64,000 nt of DNA from Vezdaea acicularis (lineage: Eukaryota), in contig JAPEUI010000055.1 of NCBI GenBank assembly GCA_026025075.1, positions 1 through 64,000 of the forward strand, written 5' to 3'. Below, piece after piece: positions 36,589-49,566 of the stretch. A program made the position numbers and the translations under genes. The notes beneath the pieces are model-generated. The model was not told the DNA's origin and ran no database searches. It saw only the letters and a program-made list of their open reading frames with translations. Every line of letters begins with the position of its first letter. Within the stretch, counting starts at the first letter, position 1.

Positions 36589-36861
36589 GGGGGAAGGGGG
36601 AGGGGCAGAGAGAGGGGCGTGTGAGAGGGGAGGGGATGTGGTTGTTGGGCGCTTTGGGTGTTTTGGGGAACAGCGGTTTGTTATTGTCAAGAATGCGCTG
36701 TATCGTTCAATGATTTATAGACTGCCCTAAGGGCACTAAAGACGTCCCTTTCTCTTTTTACAAGATGCTAGATACCACGCTATGCACCCCCACAACCCAC
36801 CCACCAAACTCGATAAACGCCGGAGATAACCCCCCCCCCCCCAAGTCCCAAACCCGACGTC

Positions 36862-37761
36862 TTACATATCAAAATCATCGTCAATCTCGTCCCTTGGCTC
36901 CTTCGGCTCCTGCGCCTCATGGAACTGTATCGCATCGTCGATATAGCTCAAGATGGCCGCAACACTATCCTCATCCTGGACATCCAGCTGCAGGAAGGAG
37001 ACCATGCTGAAATCGTCAATTAGGCGCGCGACGGCTTTATTCAGCTGCTTGAAGGACTCTCCGCGCATCAAACTGCCCGTGTCCGTCGGGTCTGCACGGT
37101 CTATACTCCCCACCAAGCCCCCGTTCTCCGCCAGACCCTCCATATCGTCGTCGTCCATGAGCCCCACGTCGACGTTGCGGAAGCGCTTCAACTCTTTCTT
37201 GCCGACACCGCTCGATTTCAGTAGATCGCATTTGCTGAGCACGTTCACATGCGGCATCTCCAGCATGATCATGGCGCTCATGGCGCTCAGCGTGCCGGCG
37301 AAGAACTTGGCGCGGTCGACCACGAACGTGCTCTCGAGGAGGTACAGCGCGCACAGACTGACGTGCAGACTGCCGCTGCGCATGAGGTGCTGCGCAAGCA
37401 GCGGCAGCAGCGGGATGTGCGTGTACAGCTCGATCTGGCCCGGCAGGTCCAGGATGATCAGGTATTCCTCGGTGAGGCCGTCGATGGCGTCGGTCAGGAA
37501 GTCGAGGTTTTCGAGCAGGAACTCGAAGCAGTAGATTAGTCCACCGTTGGGGCCGAGGTGTAGCTCTTCCATTACGTCTTGCAGCGAGATCAGGTCTTTG
37601 ATATCGAGGTCCGGGGGGGACCTAAAGTCCGAGGCCGCCGGGTCTAGGTTGATGTAGAAGGTGGAGCGTCGCTGGATGTGCAGGTAGGATATCAGGGCGC
37701 TGCAGAAGGTGGTTTTGCCGGCGCCTGCGGGGCCGGTGACGAGGACGCCGAATTTCGACAT
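36862..37761 (-). CDS. GPN3: GPN-loop GTPase 3
   Basis: GPAGAGKTT, INLDPAA, LGPNGGLIYCFEFL, DLPGQIELYTH, IQFHEAQEPKEP. Intronless. Confidence 0.95.
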   Translation of the reverse strand: MSKFGVLVTGPAGAGKTTFCSALISYLHIQRRSTFYINLDPAASDFRSPPDLDIKDLISLQDVMEELHLGPNGGLIYCFEFLLENLDFLTDAIDGLTEEYLIILDLPGQIELYTHIPLLPLLAQHLMRSGSLHVSLCALYLLESTFVVDRAKFFAGTLSAMSAMIMLEMPHVNVLSKCDLLKSSGVGKKELKRFRNVDVGLMDDDDMEGLAENGGLVGSIDRADPTDTGSLMRGESFKQLNKAVARLIDDFSMVSFLQLDVQDEDSVAAILSYIDDAIQFHEAQEPKEPRDEIDDDFDM

Positions 37762-38255
37762 GGTGAGGCTTGTGGTGGGAGTGGTGGTAGGTCTTGCAAC
37801 CTATTGTGCGGGGTTGAAGTCATGCGAAGGGGTTTGAGCTATCTCAGTGGGGTTGCAGAAATCATGGGGTCGAGTAGAAAACTATGGGCTTGGTGCTTGG
37901 GATTCGAAATTACTTGATTGACGATGCTGCATAAGAGTAGTTTGAGGCTCTAAGGCACATTTGGTAATACGAAGCTTTCTTGTCGTTGTTTTTTGTCTGG
38001 AAGGTCCTGATTGGTGAATTCGACGCGATGGCGACATAGGAAAAAAAGTTCGTCGTGCAACCATGGCCCCAGCTCCCGCGCGCCGAACAATGGCATGATC
38101 CCGCTAAAAGCTTCCACAATATAATTTCTCCGGTACCGCAACGAATCGTCACCTCCCAAACCCACGCCTTGAAAGCCACTACATATTCCTCAACCTCATT
38201 TCACCTATATTGCTCTCAGTTGCGCAGCTCCCCTTATACATTTCCAGCTCAGAAG

Positions 38256-39613
38256 ATGGTCAACGCAACTCCCAACGGCACTTCCAAGCCGTCCACCTTC
38301 CTCTTCACCTCCGAATCTGTTGGGGAGGGTCATCCTGACAAGATTGCGTGATTCTCCCATGTCAGAAGCCTTTTGGACGGCAATTCAGAGGCTAATCATT
38401 CTCAATGTACACAGTGATCAAGTTTCAGATGCAATTCTCGATGCCTGCCTTCGGGAGGACCCACTGTCAAAAGTTGCGTGCGAGACTGCGACCAAGACTG
38501 GTACGCCCATGGCTTTACCATTGAGAGAGTCATATGTTAACTCCAGTCTTGCGCAGGCATGATCATGGTATTTGGAGAGATCACGACCAAAGCCAGACTC
38601 GATTACCAGAAGGTCATCCGTGACGCTATCAAGGACATTGGGTACGATCATTCTGACAAGGGTTTCGATTACAAAACGTGCAACGTTCTGGTTGCAATCG
38701 AGCAACAGTCACCAGATATCGCCCAAGGCCTGCATTATGAGGAAGCACTGGAGAAGCTTGGAGCGGGTGATCAGGGGATCATGTTCGGCTATGCCACGGA
38801 TGAGACGCCCGAGTATCTGCCACTGACAATTCAATTGGCTCATCGCCTGAACAGCGCCATGTCCGCTGCCCGGCGTGACGGCTCCCTATCATGGCTCCGG
38901 CCTGACACGAAGACCCAGGTCACTGTGGAGTACAAGCATGAAGGGGGAGCTGTCGTCCCTCTGAGAGTCGATACTGTGGTCGTGTCGGCCCAGCACAGTG
39001 AGGATATCTCTACCGAGATGCTCCGGAAAGAGATCAAGGAGAAGATCATCAAGAAGGTCATTCCAGAGAAGTACTTGGATGACAAGACCATCTATCATGT
39101 AGGTCGCAGCTATGCTGACCAACTGTTGAAAAGCGACTGACCGTTCGATTTCAGATTCAACCATCTGGGCTTTTCATCATTGGTGGTCCCCAAGGCGATG
39201 CTGGTCTGACTGGCCGAAAAATCATCGTGGACACCTATGGCGGCTGGGGAGCTCACGGAGGTGGTGCTTTCTCTGGCAAGGATTATTCCAAGGTCGACCG
39301 CTCGGCTGCTTACCTTGCTCGCTGGGTTGCTAAATCGATAGTGCACGCAAAGCTGGCTCGGCGATGTCTCGTTCAATTCTCCTACGCCATTGGTGTTGCA
39401 GAGCCTCTTTCGATGTTCGTCGAAACATATGGCACATCCGAAAAAACATCGGATGAATTAGTCGAGGTCATCAATAAGAACTTCGATCTGCGACCAGGTG
39501 TGATCGTCAAAGAGCTCGACCTAGCCAAGCCCATCTTCTTTCAGACAGCTAAGAACGGTCACTTCACCAACCAGGACTTCTCATGGGAGAAGCCAAAAAC
39601 TCTCGAGATCTAA
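38256..39613 (+). CDS. SAM1: S-adenosylmethionine synthetase, multi-exon
   Basis: [53 protein letters not shown]. Confidence 0.98.
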
Positions 39614-40576
39614 TCGGACTGTCAAGCCTACGACCAGCATCAGACAGTCTAGATGCCAGGAGCGTGGTGCTATGTTATTTCTTATTTGCCTGCGTGTTCT
39701 CTTCTCCTCCTGATGGACATGATCGAAGATGCATAGCTTGGTTTTCAACAACTGGAGCATACTGACGGCCGAGATATACCTCAAAAAGCGCTTGTATTTA
39801 GCATTGATGGATTCGTCATTCAACATAGGATTTGCGGCTAGGCATCATCGGCCAAGGACATGGAAATTTGGGTCAGGCGTTTGAAGAACTTTTTAGACAT
39901 CTCACTTGCCATAAGCAGCAGAAATAGCAGGATTAGCAATGTTGCTTAACCTTTAAGCGAATTCCCAATAGCAGTATTGAGGCAAGATGCGGAATTAGCA
40001 GTGAACTTGCCAATAGATCTCTTAATGAATTTATAGTATCTTGTTGCGAATAATACTCGGTAACACGACATGTTGCAACCCGTAAACCCTTCGGGAAGAC
40101 CAGACGAGCATTCCAGGTGACGCTGCTATGAGAGTATCTAGCTTGGCTGTAATTCTGGAAGTATAAACCCTAGGTCTTATACTTGTTATTTCGGGATCTT
40201 CACAATCCTCCATCATTCTTTTACCTTGTTAGTGAGAAGCATCAGATCATATCCCCAATTCTCCATGTTAGATTGGCATGGAGTAACGAACGAGATGCTT
40301 CTGCTTTCGCTGATTGGGCGCGTCCCTGAAAAGTCTCGCTTGCCCACCAACCACAGCAGCAGCCCGTGCTTTCTCGTTAGCGCAACCCTTGCTGGCGTCC
40401 CACAACAGAGGCCCACCACACCTTGACCGCTCCCCACCACTTGCACACACTTCCACGGTACCCCTTCATCCTCCTCTTCTGAACTTAACAGCAGTGGTCT
40501 TGCTCCTCCTACCTCTTTCTCCACTTCAGATATACTATCCTCCAGTTTACTTAAGTCGCCCTGTTAATCAGTTAAC

Positions 40577-42448
40577 ATGCGTGAAATCGTATGTTGCTGC
40601 CCCCCAACTCGCTGTTTTGATGCCTAAATTCTTTTTTCCCCTACGCGTCGAGCTCGCTACTGCAAATCCTTCCCCATTGCCCCACGTCGCATTGCACTTG
40701 AAGATCAATACTGACCGGGGTTCGTCGTTGCTTTTAGGTCCATCTCCAGACCGGACAATGCGTAAGTCCTCAACCTTTGAAGAGTCTGGTAGCTGTTCTT
40801 GTACTGATAAAAACTTAGGGTAACCAAATTGGCGCTGCCTTCTGGTACGTTCGACCTCCGACGGAGCTTGGTGCATCGAACAATGCGCCCTACATCAACA
40901 GAGATTCTGATTATTGGTTATGACTACAGGCAGAATATTTCTGGGGAACATGGACTTGATGGCTCTGGCGTGTGAGTCTCTACCGGCTTAGGCTCCTAAA
41001 TTAGTGGCAATGAAGACCATGGTTGACGGTAAACAGGTACAACGGCACCTCTGATCTTCAGCTGGAACGTATGAATGTCTATTTCAATGAGGTTCGTGGT
41101 ACTCATACAGGGACTCGTCTTGCGACATGACCCCTAATATATTTGTAGGCCGCTAGCAACAAATATGTACCCCGCGCTGTTCTTGTCGACCTTGAACCAG
41201 GTACCATGGATGCCGTCCGCGCTGGCCCTTTCGGCAACCTTTTCCGCCCCGATAACTTCGTGTTTGGTCAGTCTGGTGCTGGCAACAATTGGGCCAAAGG
41301 CCATTACACCGAGGGTGCCGAGCTTGTCGACCAAGTGCTCGATGTCGTACGCCGTGAAGCTGAGGGTTGTGATTGCCTTCAGGGTTTCCAGATCACCCAC
41401 TCCCTTGGTGGAGGTACTGGAGCCGGTATGGGTACCTTGCTAATCTCCAAGATCCGTGAGGAATTCCCAGACCGCATGATGGCTACTTTCTCCGTCGTGC
41501 CAAGTCCCAAGGTGTCCGATACCGTCGTTGAACCCTACAACGCTACCCTCTCAGTCCATCAATTGGTTGAGAACTCTGACGAGACATTCTGTATCGACAA
41601 CGAGGCCCTTTATGATATCTGCATGAGGACGCTCAAACTCTCGAACCCATCCTATGGCGATCTCAACCACTTGGTCTCTGCCGTCATGTCAGGTGTCACT
41701 ACCTGCCTGCGTTTCCCCGGCCAGCTTAACTCGGATCTTCGTAAACTAGCTGTCAACTTGGTCCCGTTCCCCCGTCTACATTTCTTCATGGTTGGCTTTG
41801 CTCCTCTCACCAGCCGCGGGGCTTATTCTTTCCGTGCGGTCACTGTTCCGGAATTGACCCAGCAAATGTTCGACCCCAAGAACATGATGGCGGCCTCAGA
41901 TTTCCGCAACGGTCGTTACCTTACTTGCTCTGCCATGTTGTAAGTGGTCGAGCTCATTATGCTCATTTGGATCTATACTAAAACCTCTCAAGCCGTGGTA
42001 AGGTCTCCATGAAGGAAGTCGAGGATCAGATGCGAAACGTCCAGAACAAAAACACTTCATATTTCGTTGAGTGGATCCCCAATAATGTACAGACCGCTCT
42101 CTGCTCGATCCCTCCGCGTGGCCTCCAGATGTCCTCCACCTTCGTCGGCAACTCAACCTCGATCCAGGAACTGTTCAAGCGCGTCGGTGATCAATTCACT
42201 GCCATGTTCAGGCGCAAGGCTTTCTTGCATTGGTATACTGGTGAGGGCATGGACGAGATGGAGTTCACCGAGGCTGAGAGCAACATGAACGATTTGGTTT
42301 CCGAGTATCAACAGTACCAGGAGGCCTCCGTTTCTGAAGGTGAAGAAGAATAGTAAGTTTCGTCGTACTCTACAACTGTTTCTGAACCCTTGACTAATGG
42401 CCACACCCGTATAGTGAGGAAGAGGCCCCATTGGAGGGCGAGGAGTAA
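40577..42448 (+). CDS. benA: beta-tubulin, eight exons
   Basis: [41 protein letters not shown] and an acidic tail [10 protein letters not shown]. Seven GT-AG introns. Confidence 0.99.
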
Positions 42449-42967
42449 ATACGCCGAGTTTGGTTTACCTGGTACCATTGCCTGCACTGATAACGATGGT
42501 CTCGTGAAGACGAACGCCAATGAATGGAATCTCTAATGGTCTCACGCTGTCTTATGCTCTCTTCTATTCCTGCTAGCGAAAGATCTTTTACAGCACGCGC
42601 TCCGTAGGCGTCCTTGTGCAAGCCTTCACTTTTAGTCAACTAAATTGGTTGCTGTCTTGACCCTGAAGTTCACCTGACCGTCCCTTTACCTGAGTGACGA
42701 TTCACAGAACCCTCTGTGCATTATGTAAAGCATGTGAAAACTCAAGTCAAGGATCGAAAACTTGCCCCGCTCGCGTGACGAACAAAGTGAAGTAGGGGCA
42801 TGAGCCGAAGCGCAGACCCTTGTTTACAGCCCGCTGCCGCTCGGAAAAATTAATTTTTGGCGACCCCACCATAAAGCACGAGAGCCCCACCAAAACATTG
42901 AAAGGCCAATCTTTGTTACAATACCCCAAACAGAGTCAATTCACCTCAAAAGCCCTAATTCATAATC

Positions 42968-44454
42968 ATGGCCAAGGATAAGGTCTGTCTTGCCTATAGC
43001 GGTGGGCTAGACACAAGCTGTATCTGTAAGATATTGTCATAACATGAAGTTGGTAGTACGGCGAAATTGAGAATCAATAGTAGCATGGCTCATTGAGAAG
43101 GGTTACAGTGTTATTTGCTTCAGTAAGTTGTTCCATTGGCTGCCTAAAATCTTTCAGAGTCAGAACTAACAAGGACCATAGTGGCCGATGTTGGTCAAGA
43201 GGGTATGACTCTTCCGCTTTCTATATAACTGTTACTCGAAATCAGATTTGACGTTATGGAACTCGACAGAGGACTTTGAGGCGGCCAAGAAGAAGGCTAT
43301 GAAGATTGGCGCAGAGAAGGTCTATGTCGAAGATCTCCGTCGCGAGTTTATTGAGGAACTGTGCTTCCCTGCCATCCAATGCAACGCCATATACGAGAAT
43401 GTCTACCTCCTTGGTGCGTCATTCATCTTTGCCACCCTTCCAGTGGCTGCTAACATTCTTTGAATTAGGAACTTCCCTCGCCCGCCCTGTAATTGCCCGC
43501 TCCCAAATCAAAGTAGCCCAGAAGGAAGGCTGTATTGCTGTCTCGCATGGCTGCACCGGCAAAGGTAACGACCAAGTGCGCTTCGAACTCGCTTTCTACG
43601 CCCTCCAACCCTCCATCAAAGTTATTGCGCCATGGCGAGATCCCGTGTTCTACAACCGTTTCAAAGGCCGCAACGATCTCCTCGACTACGCCGCTAAAGC
43701 CGGCATCCCAACCACACAATCCAAAGCCAAACCCTGGAGCATGGACGAGAACCTCGCCCACTGCAGCTACGAAGCAGGCATCCTCGAAGACCCCGATACC
43801 ACCGCGCCAGAAGACATGTGGAAGCTAACTGTCGATCCCACAAAGGCCCCTAATACCCCCGAAGACTTCATACTCTTCTTCACAAAGGGTCTTCCCACCA
43901 AACTCGAATACACGGAAGGTAGCTCCAAGAAGACCATTACGGATTCCACCGAGCTCTTCCTCACCGTAAACGCCATCGCTCGCCGCCATGGCGTCGGCCG
44001 CATCGACATCGTCGAAAACCGCTTCATCGGCCTCAAGTCCCGCGGCTGCTACGAAACCCCCGGCCTCACCTGCCTGCGCGCCGCCCATATCGACCTCGAG
44101 GGCCTTGTCCTCGACCGCGAAGTCCGCGCCCTCCGTGACCAGTTCGTGACCTTCAACTACGCCAAGATCCTCTACAACGGACTGTACTTCTCTCCCGAGC
44201 GCGAGTTTCTCGAGGAGTCTATCGTCGCCAGCCAGAAGCACGTTAACGGCCAAGTGCGGTGCCGTGTTTATAAGGGCAGTTTCACAGTGTTGGGCAGGAG
44301 CTCGGAGACGGAGAAACTGTATGATATGAGTGAGAGCAGCATGGATGAGATTGGCTCCTTCGTGCCGGAGGACACGTCGGGCTTCATTGCCGTGCAGGCC
44401 ATTCGCTTGAAGAAATTTGGTGAGAAGAAGCAGGAGGCGGGTGAGAAATTGTGA
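42968..44454 (+). CDS. ARG1: argininosuccinate synthase, multi-exon
   Basis: [50 protein letters not shown]. Confidence 0.98.
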
Positions 44455-44809
44455 GGGGATTGTATGAGAGGGGTGCAGTCTTGCATGTTGGCTCTCAGTG
44501 ACTTGGGATACCTGCTACTCTCGCTTGAGACGGAATGAATACTTAATTAGCATGAAGCGTTTGATGTAGTGCTGGTATTGAAGGTGCTTGCTCATATATA
44601 TAGCCGTTCAATGTCCAAATTCGCTTCCATCCACTCCTTTTTCCAAACCCTAAGTCCTTGCGTCCACGATTTATTCTACAAGGTCCGGGACCGTCCTCAT
44701 CATATTATTCATTTCACTCCCACACATCCAGGCAAATTTACATGTGGGTCTATGCCCCTCTTCCTCCTTTCATCCCCAATTCTCCGGCGTTCTCTTTTCC
44801 TCCATAGGT

Positions 44810-46797
44810 TCACACCTTATTACTCGGATACGCGACCTCGCCAATTGCGAGAAACTCCTCCTTGATGCTCCTGACGCTCACAAAGCGGCCGAGAAGGTTA
44901 ACGCTGCCAGCCTTATCATTCGTGCCACTGGCCCTGGCACCACCAAAGGGCTGCTGACCGACGACGGCGCCGGTGCTCTTGCAATTGACGTAGAAGTTGC
45001 CGGCGGCATTACGCAGGGCGTCTTCGGCGAGCCGGACGGCGGCGCGGTCGGCGGCGAAGACGCTGCCGGTGAGGGCGTAGTCGGAGGTGGAGTCGATGAG
45101 GGAGCAGGTGTCGAGGAGGGAGGAAGGTTTGGTGGAATCGTAGACGTAGACGGTGAGGATGGGGCCGAAGAGCTCGGTGGAGAGGAGAGGGTGGTGTGGA
45201 TTTTCGGTGAGGTAGATGGTCGGGTGGATGAAGTAGCCCGTGCTATCGTCGTATTTGCCGCCGACGAGCAGTTCGAGTTCGTCGTCGGACTTGGCGTCGT
45301 CGATGACTTTTTTCAGCTTGTTGAAGCTGTTCGCGTGGATGACGGGGCCGATGAAGTGTTCGAAAGTGGTGGCGTCTCCGACGGACAGCTTGGCCGTCTC
45401 GGCGACGAGCACCTTCTTGAAGGACTCCCAGACGGAGGACGCGACGTAGCATCGCGACGTAGCGCTGCATTTCTGGCCCTGGTACTCGAAGGCGCCGCGG
45501 ACGGTATTGAGGGCGGCGTTGCGCACGTCGGCCGAGTCGTGAACGAGGTGGAAGTTCTTGCCACCCGTCTCGCCCACGATGCGGGGGTAGCCGCGATAGC
45601 GACCCTTTACGATGCCGTCGGCGATCTGGCCGTACAGGCTGCGGAAAACAGCCGTACTGCCCGTGTAGTGCAGCGCGGCGAAATTCTTGTGCGACAGTAC
45701 TGTTTTGGTTACTTCGACGGCGTTCCCAGGGACAAATTGGATGACGTTGCGGGGGAGCCCAGCTTCGAGAAGGATGTTGTAGAGGATGTAGTTTGAGGCG
45801 ATGGCGAAGTCGGAGGGCTTCCATACGACCACGTTGCCCATGAGGGCCGGGGCGCAGGGAAGGTTGCCAGCAATTGCGGTGAAGTTAAAGGGGGTGATGG
45901 CGTATACGAAGCCTTCGAGGGGGCGGTATTCGAGGCGGCTGTTAGAGATATCAGCTCATGTAAAAGACTGGAGAGTAAGGCCGGCGATAAACTCACTTCC
46001 AGACGCCTGGAGAGTTATGGACGGGTTGTTGGGAGTAGAGTTCTTCGGCATATTTGACATTGAATCTGTTTGTACCTTTAGCCGTAGGGCCTTTACATGG
46101 CAGCCTCAAGCGGTATTACCTGAGGAAGTCGCATAACTCTGCTGCGGCATCGATCTCAGCTTGCCAGGCGTTCTTCCCCTGGCCTAGCATCGTACTAGCG
46201 ATGATCTCGTATCTGTACTTTCCCGCGATCAGGTCTGCTGCTTTGAGGAAGATAGCAGCTCGGTCAGCGAATGGTAGAGTCTCCCATGCTGGCTTCGCTG
46301 CGAGGGCAGCCTCGATCGCCTCGTCGACATCACTGGGAGTGGCGCTGGAATAATTGGCGACTATTGAGGTGTGTACTGAAGGATTCTTCTGTGTCAAGGT
46401 CTCCGAGGTTTTCCTCTGTATTCAATAAGCCTGGCGCGCCCATATCCTGCGAATATCTATTCTTACCTGTTTCCCCCCAACAAAGAGGGGCACTTCTATG
46501 GAAGAGTTCTGCCGGAAGGCCTTGAGAGCTCCGGACAGGGATTCGCGGTCTTCTGAGTCTTTGGCATAGTGTTTCTACGTATTGGAAGAGTACTTGTGAG
46601 TTTACGCCCGCCTTGAAGGAATTCCATTGATATGTGGTGCCTACGTTTGGTTCGTTGCTAACGGCAGGAACTTTGAAGTTGGCAATGGTCGACATCTTCG
46701 CTCGCGAGGCGCAAGGTCGTACTGCAGGAGCTCTAGCGCCAAATATGCTTTGTCTGTAGAAGTTTAATAGGAGTTTCTGAGATGATTTCAAAGCCAT
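44810..46797 (-). CDS. PUT2: delta-1-pyrroline-5-carboxylate dehydrogenase, mitochondrial, multi-exon
   Basis: GQGKNAWQAEID, PFNFTAI, ETGGKNF, FEYQGQKCSA, ELFGP, QQPFGGARASGTNDKAG. N-terminal presequence. Confidence 0.96.
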
Positions 46798-47892
46798 TGA
46801 ATACCTTCGATTGTATATCTTTGCAAGGCTCTCGCAATCACGTCTTAAATCTGTCGTCCATCTTTGGGGTAGCTCGGCTTGTGACGGCTCAAAGGTGGGC
46901 ACCGAGGTCATTGGTGGGAGCCGTCAGCATGAATCATCCGAGTGGATGTCAGCTCCATCTCAACGATGGTATTTATATGATAAATGTGCAGGAACTCATG
47001 AGAATTATGAGTAATTTTTCATTTAGTATTTTAGCTTTGGCGATGAAATGTTCATTTTGTAGAAATATCGAGAGAATCAACTTGATTTTAGAGCGAAGGA
47101 AACAACCCCGCTATCGTCTGGGTAACTCGATCGAGAAACGTGTATGAGCACGCATCACGCAGAAAAAAGGCAGAGGCAACGATGAAGAGTGATACATTGT
47201 ATGAAGTAACAGATGTCATATATTCATGCAACAACGGGTATCTATGCACCCAGTGCTTCCCCCGCGATATATCAACAGGCCACGTAAGAATTCGTGACCA
47301 ATTGTTCGAACTGCATGGATTATAACCCCCGGGTTAGAATTTTAGAGGCATGAAATAGCACCGATAGTAATACACAAGTCCACGGACGTTTTTAAGGTCA
47401 ACAATTGAGGGGAGTGTTGCCACTGGCTTGGTTGAGGTCTTGGTGGGTATCTAAAGCAAGCATTTCATCAGCGTCTGATAGCGCCTACCCTATGCAGGGT
47501 AGCACATGTAAGGCATGAACTTCGAAAAGCTTCACATTTTTTTAATTCTCGTTTGAGCCTGATACCCACGTATGCACCTGTCAATAGTTTTTTTGAATGC
47601 AAACGGGTTTATATTCTCAGATAGCTAGACTGTCATGGACCCAACTACGATAATCGCAAAAGGAGAGCCACGAGTCCAACCTACAAGTAGGCGACATCAG
47701 AACCGGCCGTTCAGAAGGAGAGACACAGTCAACATAAAACAACAATTCCAACAAAAGCAGTACATCCGTTTGCACTCATTCCCCAATCACAAGCGTCATC
47801 ACCATGCACCGACAGATGGCTGCTACCTGTGATCTCCCGAAGGCTGAGGCCAAGTGCCCAACCCCCACCCATGTACGATCATCATGACCACA

Positions 47893-48606
47893 TCATACTA
47901 TTCGTCCAGTGTTCTCGAGAGCGAGATTCCGAAGATTCTCGTTCTCACCTTGCAACTGCTCATTTTGCCGCTGCAACTCTGCGATCTTTCCCTCTAGGAA
48001 CTCCACCCTCTCCATTTTCTTAGCGCGAGATTTCCGGGCAGCCAAGGTGTTGCGTACTCGCTTGGCGGAGACTGGGTCGGCTTGATCCTCTGGACGGATG
48101 TCTGGCAGAGGCTTGTCGCGTTTGCGGGAGCTGACGCCGGAGATAGAAGAGTGCTTGGCATGGCCAGAGCGCCCGTGTGGCGACTGACCGGGTGAGGATT
48201 GGCGACGGCTCTCAGAGGCTTTTCGTGTTGAGATTGAAGGATCGAAGAGCTCCTTTACGGGATTCGATGGAGAGTCGTCACTTGTACCTTGTTCGCTTTC
48301 GAAGAGAGGGTACCAATCCTTGGACTGCACTTCCGAATCAGGGTAGAAGTATGGAGAGACCTCATAACTATCATTCATATCCGGAGAATCGAAAGATGGA
48401 GAAGTGAGGTTGGTGAATGCAGAAGAAGGGGGGGCGGACTGCACAGGATCTCTGAAGATGTCTTGAGGAGAGACCGTGCCGTCGTCACGAGTAGTTGCAG
48501 TCGACGCCGATATCGTGTCGAGTCCGAAATTGAAGGTAGGGTCGGACTCGAACGTAGCATTGCCAGCTAGGCCGGTGCCGAGCTGAGAGAAATCGAGGAG
48601 TTCCAT
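47893..48606 (-). CDS. cpcA: cross-pathway control bZIP transcription factor (Gcn4/CpcA/CPC-1), main AUG-initiated ORF
   Basis: GTVSPQDI, SAPPSSAFTNLTSPS, WYPLF, KPLPDI, basic region KRVRNTLAARKSRAKK and a leucine zipper. uORF architecture upstream. Confidence 0.93.
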   Translation of the reverse strand: MELLDFSQLGTGLAGNATFESDPTFNFGLDTISASTATTRDDGTVSPQDIFRDPVQSAPPSSAFTNLTSPSFDSPDMNDSYEVSPYFYPDSEVQSKDWYPLFESEQGTSDDSPSNPVKELFDPSISTRKASESRRQSSPGQSPHGRSGHAKHSSISGVSSRKRDKPLPDIRPEDQADPVSAKRVRNTLAARKSRAKKMERVEFLEGKIAELQRQNEQLQGENENLRNLALENTGRIV

Positions 48607-48991
48607 GCCTGCGGTGTGAAAGTTGTTTAGCGGAGCGCTGACGGACCTCGACATCGCGACGTTGCCAAGTGATGAAGTACCTTGGTTTGGTGACGCTGAA
48701 GACTTGTTTGGAGACTCGTGGATATCTCCTGTGCTTTTGGGGAACAATGGAACTTGTGGACGAGTAGTGTTTTGTTGCTGACGAAGGGCAGCGGACGATG
48801 AAGGTGCTGATGAAGCGTAAAACTGCCTCTGTGCAGAATTGCTGAACCGATTGTAAGACGTAGTCGCGATATTATTATGCCCGTTACCTTGGAGAATCTC
48901 CGTCACTCTTGGGTTCTGTACAGGAGACACAGAAGGGTAATGAGTAGAGTTTCGTCGATATTGGCCGTTAGAGGCCACTTGAGAGGTAGGG

Positions 48992-49147
48992 CTAAGGGCT
49001 GCGCGATGCGGTGCGGGCGCCTGCTCGAATGAACGTCGAGCGGGTCGAGGTGCTGTCGAAGATGACGGGAACAGCACGAAGTCGGTGTGTGATTGAGGAA
49101 AGTCTGATGCCGGCGTAGGCCTCGGTGGTGGGGGTTGGGTAAGCCAT
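48992..49147 (-). promoter_or_regulatory. cpcA uORF2 (51 aa)
   Basis: MAYPTPTTEAYAGIRLSSITHRLRAVPVIF...RSP*, out of frame with the main ORF. Position fits the inhibitory uORF2 of cpc-1/cpcA. Confidence 0.85.
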
Positions 49148-49374
49148 GTCTGTTGATTATCCGTGGTGAAGAACGACAGGGCGTTCGTGGGAAAAATGGT
49201 TGCGAAGTCGCGAGAACAGGGGAGTCTCGGGGAGAGGCTGTTGTTCAGAGGTCCTTGGAAAGGAGGCTCTGAGGGGGAGGATAGTGGTTGAGTGGAGTGG
49301 TTGACGGTGAAGTCGTGAGCGAAAATCTTGTCTGAAGGTGTAGACAAGTGGGAAGGGTTTTGAAAAAGGCGAAT

Positions 49375-49389
49375 CTAGAAGGCAGCCAT
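49375..49389 (-). promoter_or_regulatory. cpcA uORF1 (MAAF*)
   Basis: ATG GCT GCC TTC TAG, a short uORF of the reinitiation-permissive type. Confidence 0.85.
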
Positions 49390-49566
49390 AATCAGGTTGT
49401 CTTCTATGGGTTGTTTTGTGTGTGATGTGAAAGGATGGCGGTGGAAGAGAAGGAGGAATCCAAACTTAGGCAGAAAGTGGGAGCAAGGCAATCAAATAGA
49501 TTTTGGGGCCATGGGCGAAGCGAATGGACGGTTTGGCGCGGTCGGCGCTGATTGGCCGTTGCCCTA

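Noticed and set aside
44744..45796. 350-aa plus-strand ORF
   Set aside because: Antisense shadow of the GC3-rich PUT2 exon. Similar shadows occur over the Amt, GPN3 and stomatin genes.
47485..47502. CTACCCT-atgc-AGGGTAG hairpin as another Helitron end
   Set aside because: Only 7 bp, with no CTRR at the expected distance on either strand.
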